In this document: positions 11,142 through 23,950 of the stretch, in pieces | How the letters are laid out: every line of letters begins with the position of its first letter | Numbering within the stretch: the stretch's first letter is position 1 | DNA from: an uncultured Planctomycetaceae bacterium | GTDB taxonomy: Bacteria; Planctomycetota; Planctomycetia; Planctomycetales; Planctomycetaceae | Assembly (NCBI GenBank): GCA_963815195.1 | Contig: CAWFGE010000018.1 | Span: 243,023-307,022 of the forward strand | Direction of reading: 5' to 3' | Length of the DNA: 64,000 bases | Program-made: the position numbers and the translations under genes | Notes under the pieces: generated by a model | Told to the model about the DNA's origin: nothing | Seen by the model: only the letters and a program-made list of their open reading frames with translations | Database searches by the model: none

Positions 11142-11546
11142 TCACTTTTTCTTCCGCTCCTTGCGGGCTCGCTGTGCGAGTTCATCGATCAGCCCGCGCA
11201 GCAACTCCCGTTGCGACCCGGTGAGTCCTTCATGCTTGGCGGCATGCGTCAAAAGGGGCGCAATGGATCCTTCGCACAGGGTCTCGGCGACTTCGCTCAA
11301 CCGGCGGTCGATCAGCTCTTCCCGATCCACCGCCGCGGTGAAAACGTGGACCATCTCGCTGCGGTCCCGCGTTACGCAACCTTTGGCTTCCAATCGCTCC
11401 AGCAACTTCTTGACAGTGGCATATTGCGATTGGACATCGGCATACAGCCGCTCCGTCAACTGACGGATGGTGGCCGGTCCATGTTTCCAAAGCATTTGCA
11501 TCACGGCCATTTCCGCATCGGTCACGTCCCGCGCCTTGCGTACCAT
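11142..11546 (-). CDS. BlaI/MecI/CopY family transcriptional repressor
   Basis: TDAEMAVMQMLW...TVKKLLERLEAKG winged-helix signature, directly upstream of the M56 gene. Confidence 0.92.
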   Translation of the reverse strand: MVRKARDVTDAEMAVMQMLWKHGPATIRQLTERLYADVQSQYATVKKLLERLEAKGCVTRDRSEMVHVFTAAVDREELIDRRLSEVAETLCEGSIAPLLTHAAKHEGLTGSQRELLRGLIDELAQRARKERKKK

Positions 11547-11641
11547 GGTGGTCTTCCCAGGACTGGAGGAAACAAAAAGTCGCGGCCAATACCTCCGGGC
11601 GAGAGGCTCCGAAGCGTGTGGCCCACCCAATGCATCAACTG

Positions 11642-11691
11642 TAGGACATTTTGTCCTAGGCATCAACCCCTAATAACGACAAAATGTCTTT
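11642..11691. promoter_or_regulatory. Putative BlaI operators
   Basis: Perfect palindrome TAGGAC-N5-GTCCTA (11642-11658) and a weaker AACGAC-N5-GTCTTT (11675-11691), about 100-145 bp upstream of blaI. Confidence 0.7.
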
Positions 11692-11880
11692 TTTGCGGTT
11701 CCCGCGGCAAAAACCGGACAAGCTGGTGAGGGGCATGCGGCGTCCCGCGACGTTTTTCGTGTCGGCGGATCGGATCACGGTTTCGCTGCCGCCGTCGCCC
11801 CAGGCCATGCGGGACGTGAACGCCTCGGGGCAAAGCGGGGTCGGTAAGGGGCGGCCGCCAGCTACGGGGGAGATCTTTCG

Positions 11881-13968
<2,088 letters not shown>

Positions 13969-13970
13969 TT

Positions 13971-14100
13971 AACGCAAAGGCGCAAAGAGAAGACGCAAAG
14001 GCTGCAAAGGGATCGTCGAGGAAGGGGCGCGGCCGGAACTTCCTCGTTGGCTAAGACAAGAATCCTCACATTCTTCTTTCCGGCCTTTGCGTCTTTGCGT
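13971..14100. repeat. Inverted pair of short-period (ACGCAAAG)n tracts
   Basis: aacgcaaaggcgcaaagagaagacgcaaagg (from 13971) and the inverted cctttgcgtctttgcgt (14084-14100). Confidence 0.7.
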
Positions 14101-14167
14101 CAAAAAGGTCTTTCGATCGGCGAATGGGCTCGTTGTTTTTGGTATACGATACAAATGGCGCGTATTT

Positions 14168-14467
14168 TCAGGTTTTCTCAGAATTCTCCGAGGGCGTTTG
14201 GGAACCGCGGCGGGTTTGCAGGCGGTCGACGATCAGGGCCAATAAGCCCACGACCAGCGTGACCGCGACTTCCGCGGCGATCAAGCGGCCGGCGTGGGCG
14301 TTGAGGAACTTCGCGAGCGGGGCGGCGGGATCGCTGAAGATCACCGCGACCATCGCCAGGATCGTCACCACAAACACCGTGGCCGAGAACACGACCAGCG
14401 GAAAAAACGGGTTTCGTTTCGCTCCGGCTTTGGGGGAATTCTCAATCGGGGGAAGCTGCTCTTTCAT
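14168..14467 (-). CDS. Small two-TM hypothetical membrane protein
   Basis: NPFFPLVVFSATVFVVTILAMVAVIF and AEVAVTLVVGLLALIVD hydrophobic segments. Confidence 0.6.
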   Translation of the reverse strand: MKEQLPPIENSPKAGAKRNPFFPLVVFSATVFVVTILAMVAVIFSDPAAPLAKFLNAHAGRLIAAEVAVTLVVGLLALIVDRLQTRRGSQTPSENSEKT

Positions 14468-14787
14468 GTTTGGGAATTTTGATGTTTTCTTCGACCTCGG
14501 CGAACCCGCGGCGGATGCGTCGGTCTCATTTGAAGGACTTTTGATGCGAATGGATTTCATAAACATTCATCCCGCAAGAGAAAGTGTCGCGGCGGGGGAC
14601 GAACGGTTTCGGAAGGATTATAAGCCGACTTTCCCCGGGATGCGAACATCCCGCCGGCTTTTGCGGTCGCTCCCGCTTCGCCTAGCCAATATGATAAGGT
14701 GAAGCGTTCAAACCACGAATGAAAACAAGACGACTGTCGTAGGATTTTGGTCATTGGGGTTTGGTCATTTTGGAAATCACGGGGCTG

Positions 14788-14821
14788 ACGCGGGCACCGA
14801 CCGCAGGTAGGTCCGCTCGCC
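14788..14821 (+). repeat. 34-bp hairpin repeat, copy 1 (others at 41803 and 56345)
   Basis: acgcgggcaccgaccgcaggtaggtccgctcgcc. Confidence 0.8.
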
Positions 14822-14839
14822 TTTTTTCTTTGAGAGTTC

Positions 14840-17800
14840 ATGTCCTTACCGCGTTTTAGTGTCGAGAACCGCGTCCTCGTGAATATGTTGATGCTCGTCA
14901 TTCTGGTGGCGGGCGGGGCGTTTGCGTTGACCTTGGTGCGGGAGATGTTCCCCGAAAGCCGGCCCGACAAGCTGTCCGTGATGGTGATTTACCCGGCCGA
15001 GCAGCCGCAGGAAATCGAAAAGGCCGTCACCATCAAAATCGAGGAAGCCCTCCGGGACATCGACGCGATCGAGAAGATCGATTCCACGATCGGCGAGGGG
15101 ATCAGCAACACCGTCGTCACGCTCTACAACAGCGAAGACGACGTCGATTCGGTGATGCAGGAAGTCAAAATCGAAATCGACGCCATCGAGGACCTGCCCG
15201 ACGAAATCGAGCAGATCACGCTCCGCAAGATGGAGCCCATGCTGCCTGTGATCAGCGTGGCGATCTTCGGCGGCGGCGACGAGGCGGGGCTGAAGCGCTC
15301 CGCCCGCGAGATGCGGGACGACCTGTTGCTCCTCCCGGGGATCAGCAACGTGCAGCTCACCGGGACCCGCGATGATGAAATCAGCGTGGAGATCCGCCCG
15401 GCCCGGCTGCGGGAATACAACATCACGTTCGACGAGGTCGCCGAGGCGATCCGCCTGACGAACGTCGATGTCTCCGGCGGGCAGCTCAAAGGCAATCGCG
15501 CGAAGATTTCCGTCCGCACGCTCGGCGAGGAATCGGCGGGCCGGGATCTGGAAGACATCGTGGTGCGGACCGATCCCGACGGCCGAAAGGTTTATCTCCG
15601 CGATGTGGCGGACATCCGCGACCGGTTCATCGAGACCGATCTGGAGTCCCGCTTCAACAGCCTGCCTTCGGTCAATTGCACCGTTTACAAGAACAGCAGC
15701 GAAGACGCGATCCAGATCGCCACGATGGTGCGGGCTTATGTGCGAGGCAAGCAGGGCGAGCCGATCGATCCCTTCGGATTTCGCGAGGCCGAGGCGTCGG
15801 CGTGGTACGTCAAACCGTTCAAATACATTGGAGCGTTCGCGGCGAAGGCGCTCAACAAACTTTCCGGCCGGCCCAATCCGAACGATGTCTGGGCCAACAG
15901 CAGCCAGGCACCGTTCGAGCACCATTACCAGATCGCGATGCACAGCGATCTGTCGCGGTTCGTGGAAGGCCGGCTCGATCTGCTGCTGCGGAACGGCAAG
16001 ATGGGCCTCTTGCTGGTGCTGGTTTCGCTGAACCTGTTTCTCAACTGGCGGGTGGCGCTCTGGGCGGCGGTGGGGCTTCCCGTGGCGTTTCTGGGCACGT
16101 TTATCGTGATGTATTTCCTGGGTTCGACGATTAACCTGCTCTCGATGTTCGGGCTGATTATCGTGTTGGGGATCGTCGTGGATGATGCGATCGTGATCGG
16201 GGAGAACATCTTCCGGCACGTCGAAGAGGGAATGCCTTCCGAGAAGGCCGCGGTCTATGGGGCGGAGGAAGTCATGTGGCCGGTGGTGATCGCCGTCGCC
16301 ACGACCATCGCCGCGTTCGCGCCACTGTTATTCATCAAGGGGCAGATCGGGGACTTCATGAAGGAGCTGCCGATCGTCGTGGTGGCGGCGCTCTCGGTCT
16401 CGCTCTTGGAAGCCTTGCTGATTCTGCCCTCGCACCTCAGCCATCTGCCGCGAAAGAAAATCCGCGAAGAAACCGCCGCCGAGAACGGAAACCCGGGCCG
16501 GCACGGCTGGTACACCCGCTTCGCGATCCGGCGGGACCGCTTCGTGCATGGGGTGTTGATGACGAACTACGAACGGTTTTTGCGGTTCTCGATGCGCTGG
16601 CGGTACGTGACCATCGGCATCGCCGCGGGGTCGCTGCTCTTGGCCTTGGGCATGGTCGTCGGGGGGATTGTGAAGTGGGAGTTCCTCCAGAAGATGGACA
16701 GCGAAACCATCATGGCCAACCTGGAGATGCCCGTGGGCACGCCTGCCGATCTGGTCCGCGACCGGCTGCAAACGCTGAGCGATGAAGCCGTCAAATTGCC
16801 CGAAGTCAAAAACGTGCAGATGATCGTGGCCCGGCAATACGACCTGGCGGGAGCCGGGGCCGTGGGCACGAGCGACCAGTCGCATCTGGGGCAGCTCATC
16901 ATCGAGCTCGAGCCGGCCGACGAGCGGGAAACGAAAGGCCTGCGTTCGAGCACCGCCGTGATGCAAGAGCTGCGGGAGGTCTCGCAGAAGCTGCCGGGGA
17001 TCAATTCGGTCGCGTGGGAGGAACTCAACGGCGGGCCGGGCGGCAAGGACATCGAACTGCGGATCAGCGGGAACGATTTTGACGAGATCATCGCCGTCGC
17101 CGAACAGCTCAAAGCCCATCTGCGAAACTACACGGGGGTGGTCGATCTCGATGACAACTTCGACAGCGGGCTGCGGGAAGTCCGATTGAAGTTAAGGGAG
17201 ACGGCCGAACCGACGGGCCTTACCGTGGGCGAGCTGGGGCAGCAGGTTCGCTCGGCGATCTACGGCCGGGAAGCCCGCCGAATCACTCGCAACCGCGAAG
17301 ACGTCAAAATCATGGTTCGCTACCCCGAGGAGTTCCGCAAGAACCTCTATCACCTGGATTCCATGTGGATTCCCGTGGGCCTCGGCCCGGACCGGCATTG
17401 GGTGCCGTTGGGCGAAGTCGCGGAACTCACCGAGGCCCGCAGCTATGCCACCATCCACCGCAGCCAGCAGCAGCGGTCGATCAGCGTCTTAGGCGATGTC
17501 GATCACGAAGTCGCCAGCAGCGACGACATTTTGAGCCAGGTCCGCGCGGAGTTCGTTCCGCGGATGGCCCAAGAGCACCCCGGCATTCGCATCGAGTTTC
17601 TAGGCAGTGCCGAGGAGCAGGCCAAGTCCTTCAGCAGCCTGAAGATGGCGTTGCCCGTGGCGCTTCTGATGATCTATACCCTCCTCACCGGGCTGTTTCG
17701 CTCTTATGTGCAGCCGGTGGTCGTGATGTCCGCGATCCCGTTTGGATTCCTGGGCGCGGTGGTCGGGCATTGGGTCACGGGCAATCCGATGACGATCATG

Positions 17801-18286
17801 AGCATGATCGGGATGGTGGCACTCACGGGGATTCTCGTCAACGATTCGCTGGTGCTCGTGGACTTCATCAACACCCGCATCCGCGCCGGCCGGAGCGAAT
17901 TGGAAGCGAGCGTCGAAGGGGCCAAGCTCCGCCTGCGGGCGATCCTGCTCACCACGGCCACCACCGTCGCGGGGCTGTTGCCTTTGATGTTTGAAACCAG
18001 CTTTCAGGCCAAGTTCTTGATCCCGATGGCCGTGACGCTAACCTTCGGCTTGATGTTCGCGACCGCGCTCACGTTGCTGATCGTGCCCTGTTTGAACATG
18101 ATTTTCTTCGACATCCGCAACCTGTTCGGCAGCGACACGGGCGGCAGCGAAACTCCCGCGACGCCCGCCCAACCGAGTCAACCGGCACCCGAGCCCGCCG
18201 CCGAGGAAGCCCAAGAACCCAACCGCCATTTCAACCCACAGATTGTGGTGAAGACCCTTAAAAAGAGGAACGCGAATTTACGCTAA
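14840..18286 (+). CDS. RND efflux transporter permease (AcrB/AcrD/AcrF family)
   Basis: [15 protein letters not shown]4 motif, [19 protein letters not shown], and 12-TM organisation. Confidence 0.95.
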   Translation: MSLPRFSVENRVLVNMLMLVILVAGGAFALTLVREMFPESRPDKLSVMVIYPAEQPQEIEKAVTIKIEEALRDIDAIEKIDSTIGEGISNTVVTLYNSEDDVDSVMQEVKIEIDAIEDLPDEIEQITLRKMEPMLPVISVAIFGGGDEAGLKRSAREMRDDLLLLPGISNVQLTGTRDDEISVEIRPARLREYNITFDEVAEAIRLTNVDVSGGQLKGNRAKISVRTLGEESAGRDLEDIVVRTDPDGRKVYLRDVADIRDRFIETDLESRFNSLPSVNCTVYKNSSEDAIQIATMVRAYVRGKQGEPIDPFGFREAEASAWYVKPFKYIGAFAAKALNKLSGRPNPNDVWANSSQAPFEHHYQIAMHSDLSRFVEGRLDLLLRNGKMGLLLVLVSLNLFLNWRVALWAAVGLPVAFLGTFIVMYFLGSTINLLSMFGLIIVLGIVVDDAIVIGENIFRHVEEGMPSEKAAVYGAEEVMWPVVIAVATTIAAFAPLLFIKGQIGDFMKELPIVVVAALSVSLLEALLILPSHLSHLPRKKIREETAAENGNPGRHGWYTRFAIRRDRFVHGVLMTNYERFLRFSMRWRYVTIGIAAGSLLLALGMVVGGIVKWEFLQKMDSETIMANLEMPVGTPADLVRDRLQTLSDEAVKLPEVKNVQMIVARQYDLAGAGAVGTSDQSHLGQLIIELEPADERETKGLRSSTAVMQELREVSQKLPGINSVAWEELNGGPGGKDIELRISGNDFDEIIAVAEQLKAHLRNYTGVVDLDDNFDSGLREVRLKLRETAEPTGLTVGELGQQVRSAIYGREARRITRNREDVKIMVRYPEEFRKNLYHLDSMWIPVGLGPDRHWVPLGEVAELTEARSYATIHRSQQQRSISVLGDVDHEVASSDDILSQVRAEFVPRMAQEHPGIRIEFLGSAEEQAKSFSSLKMALPVALLMIYTLLTGLFRSYVQPVVVMSAIPFGFLGAVVGHWVTGNPMTIMSMIGMVALTGILVNDSLVLVDFINTRIRAGRSELEASVEGAKLRLRAILLTTATTVAGLLPLMFETSFQAKFLIPMAVTLTFGLMFATALTLLIVPCLNMIFFDIRNLFGSDTGGSETPATPAQPSQPAPEPAAEEAQEPNRHFNPQIVVKTLKKRNANLR

Positions 18287-18353
18287 TCTTCGCTAATTCA
18301 AAGGCTCTGCTTTGCCTGTTTCACTGTTTAGTGCCCGCCGTTTTGGATGTCCT

Positions 18354-19784
18354 ATGAAACACGTTCCTCCCATTCCACCCGCCAGTCGCAGAGATTTTTT
18401 GTACGGCCTCGGTGCGACGTTGGGCACGGTGGCGTTTCGTGCGATTTTGCAAAGTGAGAAAACCGCGCGGGCGGCGGGGGACTCGGGGGGGCCTTTGGCT
18501 GTTAAGCCGCCGCATCTTTCGCCCAAGGCGAGGAACTGTATCTTTCTGTTTTTGGAAGGCGGGCCGAGCCATATTGACACCTTCGACCCCAAGCCGAAGT
18601 TGGCGGACCTGCACGGGAAGAAGTTCGAGCGGCAGGACAAGTTCGCGTCCGCGATGGCCAGCGGCACCCGGTATTATGTGAAAAGTCCCTTCGAGTTTCG
18701 CAAAGCCGGCCGAAGCGGATTGCCGATGAGCGAACCGTTCGAGCATCTGCCGACGGTGGCCGACGAGTTGTGCATTTATCATGGGCTCGAGGCCGAGTCG
18801 ATCAATCATCCGACGGCGTGTTACCACATCAACACCGGCAACCGCTTCGGCGGCGACCCGGCGATGGGGGCTTGGGTGACCTATGGCTTGGGGTCCCCCA
18901 ATCAAAACCTGCCGGGCTTCGTCGTGCTGCCGGAGGCCGCCTATCCGCAAGGCGGGGCCGCGAACTGGTCGAACGGTTTTCTGCCCGCGTACTACCAGGG
19001 CACGGCTCTTCGTCCCACCGGTTCGCCCATTCTCGATCTGGAACCCGCCGACCACAAACCCCGCGACATGCAGCGGACCAACCTGGATTTGCTTTCCGCC
19101 TTGAATGCGGACCATCAAAACGAGCATCCGCATCACGAAGAACTCGCCGCCCGGATGGAAGCCTATGAGTTGGCGTTCCGCATGCAGGCCCAGGTGCCAA
19201 CGTTATTGGATCTCTCCCGCGAATCGGCGAAGACCCGCGAGCAATACGGCGTCGGCGGAAAACTCACCGACGAGTTCGCACGCAAATGCCTCCTCGCCCG
19301 GCGGCTGATCGAAGACGGCGTGCGGTTCGTGCAGGTTTTTAGCGGCGGCTGGGATTCGCACGATTACATCGAACGCTCCCACCGGGCGAGGATTCAAAGC
19401 ATCGACCAACCCGTGGCGGCTCTCGTTTCCGACCTGCGGGAGCGGGGGTTGCTCGATGAGACGCTCGTGGTGATGTGCGGCGAGTTCGGGCGGTCTCCCG
19501 ATAACGGTTTGCGGGGCGGCGGCATGGCCTATGGGCGCGATCATAACGCGAAAGCGATGTTCGCGGTGCTCGCGGGCGGCGGCGTGAAAGCCGGCGTTTC
19601 CGTGGGCGCGACCGACGACATCGGAGCGGCCGCGGTCGAGACCGTGCGGCCCATCAAAGATTTTCACGTCACGCTGTTAAAACTCCTGGGCCTCGACGAC
19701 AACCGCTTGACCTACTTCCACGCGGGCCGCTTCAAGCAACTCTCCCAGACCGGCGGGAAAGTCATTCAGGAACTCATCGCCTGA
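18354..19784 (+). CDS. DUF1501 domain protein
   Basis: Tat-like SRRDFL, GGPSHIDTFDPKP, GWDSH, GEFGRSP, GRDH motifs. Confidence 0.92.
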   Translation: MKHVPPIPPASRRDFLYGLGATLGTVAFRAILQSEKTARAAGDSGGPLAVKPPHLSPKARNCIFLFLEGGPSHIDTFDPKPKLADLHGKKFERQDKFASAMASGTRYYVKSPFEFRKAGRSGLPMSEPFEHLPTVADELCIYHGLEAESINHPTACYHINTGNRFGGDPAMGAWVTYGLGSPNQNLPGFVVLPEAAYPQGGAANWSNGFLPAYYQGTALRPTGSPILDLEPADHKPRDMQRTNLDLLSALNADHQNEHPHHEELAARMEAYELAFRMQAQVPTLLDLSRESAKTREQYGVGGKLTDEFARKCLLARRLIEDGVRFVQVFSGGWDSHDYIERSHRARIQSIDQPVAALVSDLRERGLLDETLVVMCGEFGRSPDNGLRGGGMAYGRDHNAKAMFAVLAGGGVKAGVSVGATDDIGAAAVETVRPIKDFHVTLLKLLGLDDNRLTYFHAGRFKQLSQTGGKVIQELIA

Positions 19785-19792
19785 GATCAAAA

Positions 19793-19843
19793 CCGGCGGC
19801 TAGCGCAGTGCCGCTCAGTTTGGCGGCAGGACGCCGCCGCTAC
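19793..19843. repeat. Two adjacent REP-like palindromes (GGCTAGCGC type and GTAG type)
   Basis: ccggcggctagcgcagtgccgctca (19793-19817). On the minus strand, GTAG-cggcggcgtcctgccgcca overlaps the rsgA stop codon. Confidence 0.65.
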
Positions 19844-21009
19844 ATTGCGAAATCTTCGTGGAGAATTCGCAGATAGCTTTCGTAGCGGGAGACGAAGATC
19901 AAGCCGTCTTCCACCGCGTGTTTGACGGCGCAGCCTTCTTCGTGATCGTGGGTGCAATCGGGGAATTTGCAGTAGGCGATGAACGGGCGGAATTCGATGA
20001 AGTAGGCCTCGACTTCTTCGGGAATCACGTCCCACAAGGCGAACTGCCGGATGCCCGGCGTGTCCACGACCCAGCCGCCGAACTCCAAATCGTGCAAGAT
20101 GGCCCGGCGGGTGGTGTGGCGGCCTTTGCGGGTCCAATCGCTGACCTGGGCCGTCTTCAGATTGAGGCCCGGCTGCAGGGCGTTTAACAGGGACGATTTT
20201 CCCACGCCGCTTTGCCCCGCGAACACCGATTGCTGATCTTTGAGGAGTCTCCGCAAGGGATCGATGCCCCGCCCCGTCCGGCCGCTGGTCGCCAGGACTT
20301 GATAGCCCATGCGGGCATACATTCCGAGCACCGGCTGCAAGTCGGCGAGGTCGATCAAGTCGGTCTTATTAATGCAAACAATCGCCCGCACGCCGCCTTT
20401 CTCGGCACTCACCAGAAAGCGGTCGATGAGGTGCGGCTTTAAGGGCGGGTCGGCGGCGGAGACGACGATTACCACCTGGTCCACATTCGCGACGATGATG
20501 TGCTCGCGGTGCTGGCTCACGCGGGAGATAATGCCTTCGCGGGGTTCCACGCGTTCGATGACGCCCTGCTCCAAACCGCTGGGCAGTACCTGTCCCGTGG
20601 GCAAAAACCAGACGCGGTCGCCGGTGACCACAACGTTTCGGGCGTCGCGGGCCAGAGTGCGAACGACCCGCCGGACGCTGCATTCGTATTTCACGCCCCC
20701 CGCGGTTTGCACGATGGTGTTGAGCCCCGCGGCGGCGACGACTCGCCCGGCGAGGCATTTTTCTTCATCAATTTCGCGGAGGACCTCGTCGCCTCCTTCG
20801 CTCTGTTCGCCGATGATCGTGCGGTAGCGGGTGAGGTCGCCTTTCCCGGACAGCCGTTCGTGCTTGGACAGCGCGTCCGTATCGCCGGTTTCCAAGAGCC
20901 TGTCTTTTAGAACCTCCCGCGTGAGATCGTTTCGGCGGGCGCGTTTCTCGCGGTTCTTCTTGAACGCCACGCGGTGTTTCTGTTTGGACCGCTTTTTGTT
21001 TTTCGCCAC
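19840..21009 (-). CDS. rsgA: Ribosome small subunit-dependent GTPase A
   Basis: NKTD, GQSGVGKSS, GRHTT, DTPG circularly permuted GTPase motifs and CKFPDCTHDHEEGC zinc finger. Confidence 0.96.
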   Translation of the reverse strand: MAKNKKRSKQKHRVAFKKNREKRARRNDLTREVLKDRLLETGDTDALSKHERLSGKGDLTRYRTIIGEQSEGGDEVLREIDEEKCLAGRVVAAAGLNTIVQTAGGVKYECSVRRVVRTLARDARNVVVTGDRVWFLPTGQVLPSGLEQGVIERVEPREGIISRVSQHREHIIVANVDQVVIVVSAADPPLKPHLIDRFLVSAEKGGVRAIVCINKTDLIDLADLQPVLGMYARMGYQVLATSGRTGRGIDPLRRLLKDQQSVFAGQSGVGKSSLLNALQPGLNLKTAQVSDWTRKGRHTTRRAILHDLEFGGWVVDTPGIRQFALWDVIPEEVEAYFIEFRPFIAYCKFPDCTHDHEEGCAVKHAVEDGLIFVSRYESYLRILHEDFAM

Positions 21010-21011
21010 GG

Positions 21012-21518
21012 TCAATCCGACTCGTTGAGCCATTTCATGGCGAGATCCTCGTCCTCATCGCTCGGCTGTGCCGAACCCGGCGGCTCGGCGGTTTCCGTTT
21101 CGTTCTGCTGGGGGTCGGATTTCTTGGGGTGCCGTTTGCGCAGACGGTCTTCGCGTTTGGCGAGTCCGGCTTTCTCCATCAGACTCATCGCGAAGGCATC
21201 CTCTTCCACGGGCGGCGGGGCGCTGGGGTCGGGTTGATAATGAATCTCGAAACGGTGCTTCGCGATGGACACCACGTCGCCGGGCATCAGCCATTTGGAA
21301 TCGCAGCGCTCGTCGTTGACTTTGATTCCGTTTCGGCTGTTGAGATCGCGGATCTCCCAATAGCCGTTCTTAAACACGAGTTCGCAGTGCTGCGAGGAGA
21401 TATTCGGAAAGGCTAACGTAATGTCGCAACGGTCCCGCCGACCGATCACCAGCGCGGGCTTGAGCAAGGGGATCGGATCGCCGCCGCCACAGGGGATGAG
21501 TTCGCCCAGCATCGACAT
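21012..21518 (-). CDS. FHA domain protein
   Basis: IGRR...ISSQHC...DLNSRNGIKVN FHA signature. Confidence 0.9.
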   Translation of the reverse strand: MSMLGELIPCGGGDPIPLLKPALVIGRRDRCDITLAFPNISSQHCELVFKNGYWEIRDLNSRNGIKVNDERCDSKWLMPGDVVSIAKHRFEIHYQPDPSAPPPVEEDAFAMSLMEKAGLAKREDRLRKRHPKKSDPQQNETETAEPPGSAQPSDEDEDLAMKWLNESD

Positions 21519-21849
21519 GAAATCCTCCGGAAAGGGTCCGCGATTTTCCTTCACCCGAGAGGCCCGCCTGCGGGGAAAGAAGCCAAAAAGATCAGGTTTT
21601 GCCAAGGAAGTGGGGGTACAAACGCCGGAAGGCGACGCTCTCCAAACAATCTACCGCCCCGGATCTGCTCCGTCAATCGGGGGATTTTCTTGGAATGGAC
21701 TTTTAGCCGGCTCGGCGGGGATTGTGACAATTCCGCGGAAAGACAGCAAAAAGTCCTTCGATTCCCTGTCGGATCCAGTTTGACCTGTTTCTCGCGTCAA
21801 TTTAGAATCCTCACTGGATTATACGCCAATTCGACGGGAGACACCAAAC

Positions 21850-23053
21850 GTGACGCCTTCATCCGCTTCGCTTGATTCCACGAAAACGCCCGCCGCGACC
21901 TTGAACGTGGACGCCGCCGTGCGGGACCGCTACAGCCGGGCCGCCCAGCGAACCGAGCCCGAACTCTGCTGCCCCATCACCTACAACGCGGACTATCTCA
22001 AAGCCTTGCCCCAGGAAATCCTGGAGCGCAGATTACGGTTGCGGGGATCCGTCCCGGCACGTGGGCGAAGGCGATGTGGTTTTGGATCTGGGATCGGGCG
22101 GCGGGAAGATTTGCTACATCGCCGCGCAAAAGGTCGGTCCAAAAGGCCGCGTCATCGGCGTGGACTGTAACGAGGACATGCTCGCGCTCGCCCGGAAATA
22201 CCAAGGGGAGATGGCGGAAAAAATCGGCCATCCCAATGTCTCGTTCCGCAAAGGTCGGATACAAGACCTGGCCCTCGATCTCGAAGAGTTCGAAAGCTAT
22301 CTGCGCGAAAACCCCATTGGCACGAGTGCCGATTGGCTCAAGGCCGAGGAACACGCGAATCGGCTGCGGGAAACCTCCCCGATGATCGCCGACGCCTCGG
22401 TGGATGTGATCGTCTCCAACTGCGTGTTGAACCTCGTCCGCCCCGAAGACCGCGTGGCGCTATTTTCCGAAATGTATCGGGTCCTCAAACGCGGCGGCCG
22501 GGCCGTCATCAGCGACATCGTCTGCGATGAGATCGTCCCCGAGCATCTCCGCCGCGATCCGGCGCTTTGGAGCGGCTGCCTGAGCGGAGCGTTTCACGAG
22601 GAGGAATTCCTCAAAGCCTTCGAGGACGCGGGGTTCTATGGGATGGAACTCGTGGATCGCCAAACCAAACCTTGGACCGTGGTCGAAGGCATCGAGTTCC
22701 GGAGCCTCACCGTCAGGGCCTGGAAAGGCAAAGACGGCCCCTGCCTCGAACGCAAGCAAGCCGTGATCTACAACGGCCCCTGGAAAGCGGTGATCGACGA
22801 TGACGGGCACAAGCTGATCCGCGGCGAACGGATGGCCGTGTGCGATAAAACCTTCAACCTCTACACCAAACCGCCTTACGCCGATGCGATCACGCCGATC
22901 CCGCCGGCGGAGGAAATCCCGCTCGCCGAGGCCAAGCCCTTCGATTGCCACGGCAGCCCCAAGCGATCGCCCCGCGAAACCAAAAACCGCGCGGCGAATT
23001 TGACGATCCTTTCCGCAGGCGATTGCTGCGAGCCCGCAGGCTGCTGCGAGTGA
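21850..23053 (+). CDS. ArsM-like SAM-dependent methyltransferase; apparent frameshift near 22030
   Basis: LCCP, DYGCGDP, VLDLGSGGG, DVIVSNCVLNL, WSGCLSGA and a C-terminal CC...CC tail. Confidence 0.85.
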
Positions 23054-23088
23054 TCGGAAACCGAATGCAACGACAGATTCTAAATCAA

Positions 23089-23597
23089 CTCGAATTGCAA
23101 CCGGTTGGGTGGCTGGGGCGCAGAGTCCTCTATGAATAAAGTGAGGCAAGCGAATCCTGGGGCGATGGACGCGAGAGAAACAACTCCCATGGCCCCAGCG
23201 TTCCGGTTGGGTGGCTGGGGCAGATTCCTCTATGAATAAAGTGAGGCAAGCGAATCCTGGGGCGATGGACGCGAGAGAAACAACTCCCATGGCCCCAGCG
23301 TTCGAAACGCATTTTTCGCGTGATCCATTCCTTTGCGCCCCAGCCACCCTCACTCTTACAGTTTGAGTAATAAAGACACACAAGAACCGGGGCTAGCGCC
23401 CTGCGGCTAATAAACTGTAACCGGTTGGGTGGCTGGGGCGCAGAGTCCTCTATGAATAAAATGAGGCAAGCGAATCCTGGGGCGATGGACGCGAGAGAAA
23501 CAACGCCCATGGCCCCAGCGTTCGGAACGCATTTTTCGCTTGATCCATTCCTTTGCGCCCCAGCCACCCTCACCCCCCCTTACTCTTAGAGTTTGAG
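23089..23597 (-). mobile_element. Tandem cluster of the MITE/REPIN-like element: truncated copy (23101-23202), full copy (23203-23349), REP (23387-23410), full copy (23421-23569)
   Basis: Directly repeated ~100-150 bp units with gggtggctgggg/ccccagccaccc ends and flanking tta(c/g)agtttgag. Confidence 0.85.
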
Positions 23598-23605
23598 TTA
23601 AAACC

Positions 23606-23947
23606 ATGCGATTGTTCGAGGGCACGAAGTGGGACCGGCCGCCGCGCTGCGAAGTCTGCGGCGAGTTGGAAGAGGAATGCACCTGCCCGCCGCCGGTGGC
23701 TCCCAAAATCCCGCCCGAAAAACAGACCGCCCAACTTGCAATCGAGAAGCGCAAAAGAGGCAAGATCGTCACCGTCGTCCGGGGCCTCCCCGCCGAAGGC
23801 AACGACCTGCCGGCCTTGCTTGCGGAACTCAAAACCGCCTGCGGCGCGGGCGGCACGATCAAAGACGACGCCCTCGAAATCCAAGGCAAGCACCTGGACC
23901 GCATCCGCGAGCACCTCACGCAACTCGGCTACCGCACCCAAGGTTGA
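23606..23947 (+). CDS. SUI1/YciH family translation initiation factor
   Basis: EKRKRGKIVTVV...LKTACGAGGT...EIQG signature, plus an N-terminal CxxC...CxC. Confidence 0.9.
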   Translation: MRLFEGTKWDRPPRCEVCGELEEECTCPPPVAPKIPPEKQTAQLAIEKRKRGKIVTVVRGLPAEGNDLPALLAELKTACGAGGTIKDDALEIQGKHLDRIREHLTQLGYRTQG

Positions 23948-23950
23948 TTT

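Noticed and set aside
23101..23569. CRISPR array
   Set aside because: Units are 100-150 bp near-identical copies without unique spacers, and no cas genes are present.
22460..23573. ORFs with repeated VRVAGAQRN...SLASIAPGF peptides (also 1370-2104)
   Set aside because: They are translations of the non-coding repeat element, not a protein family.
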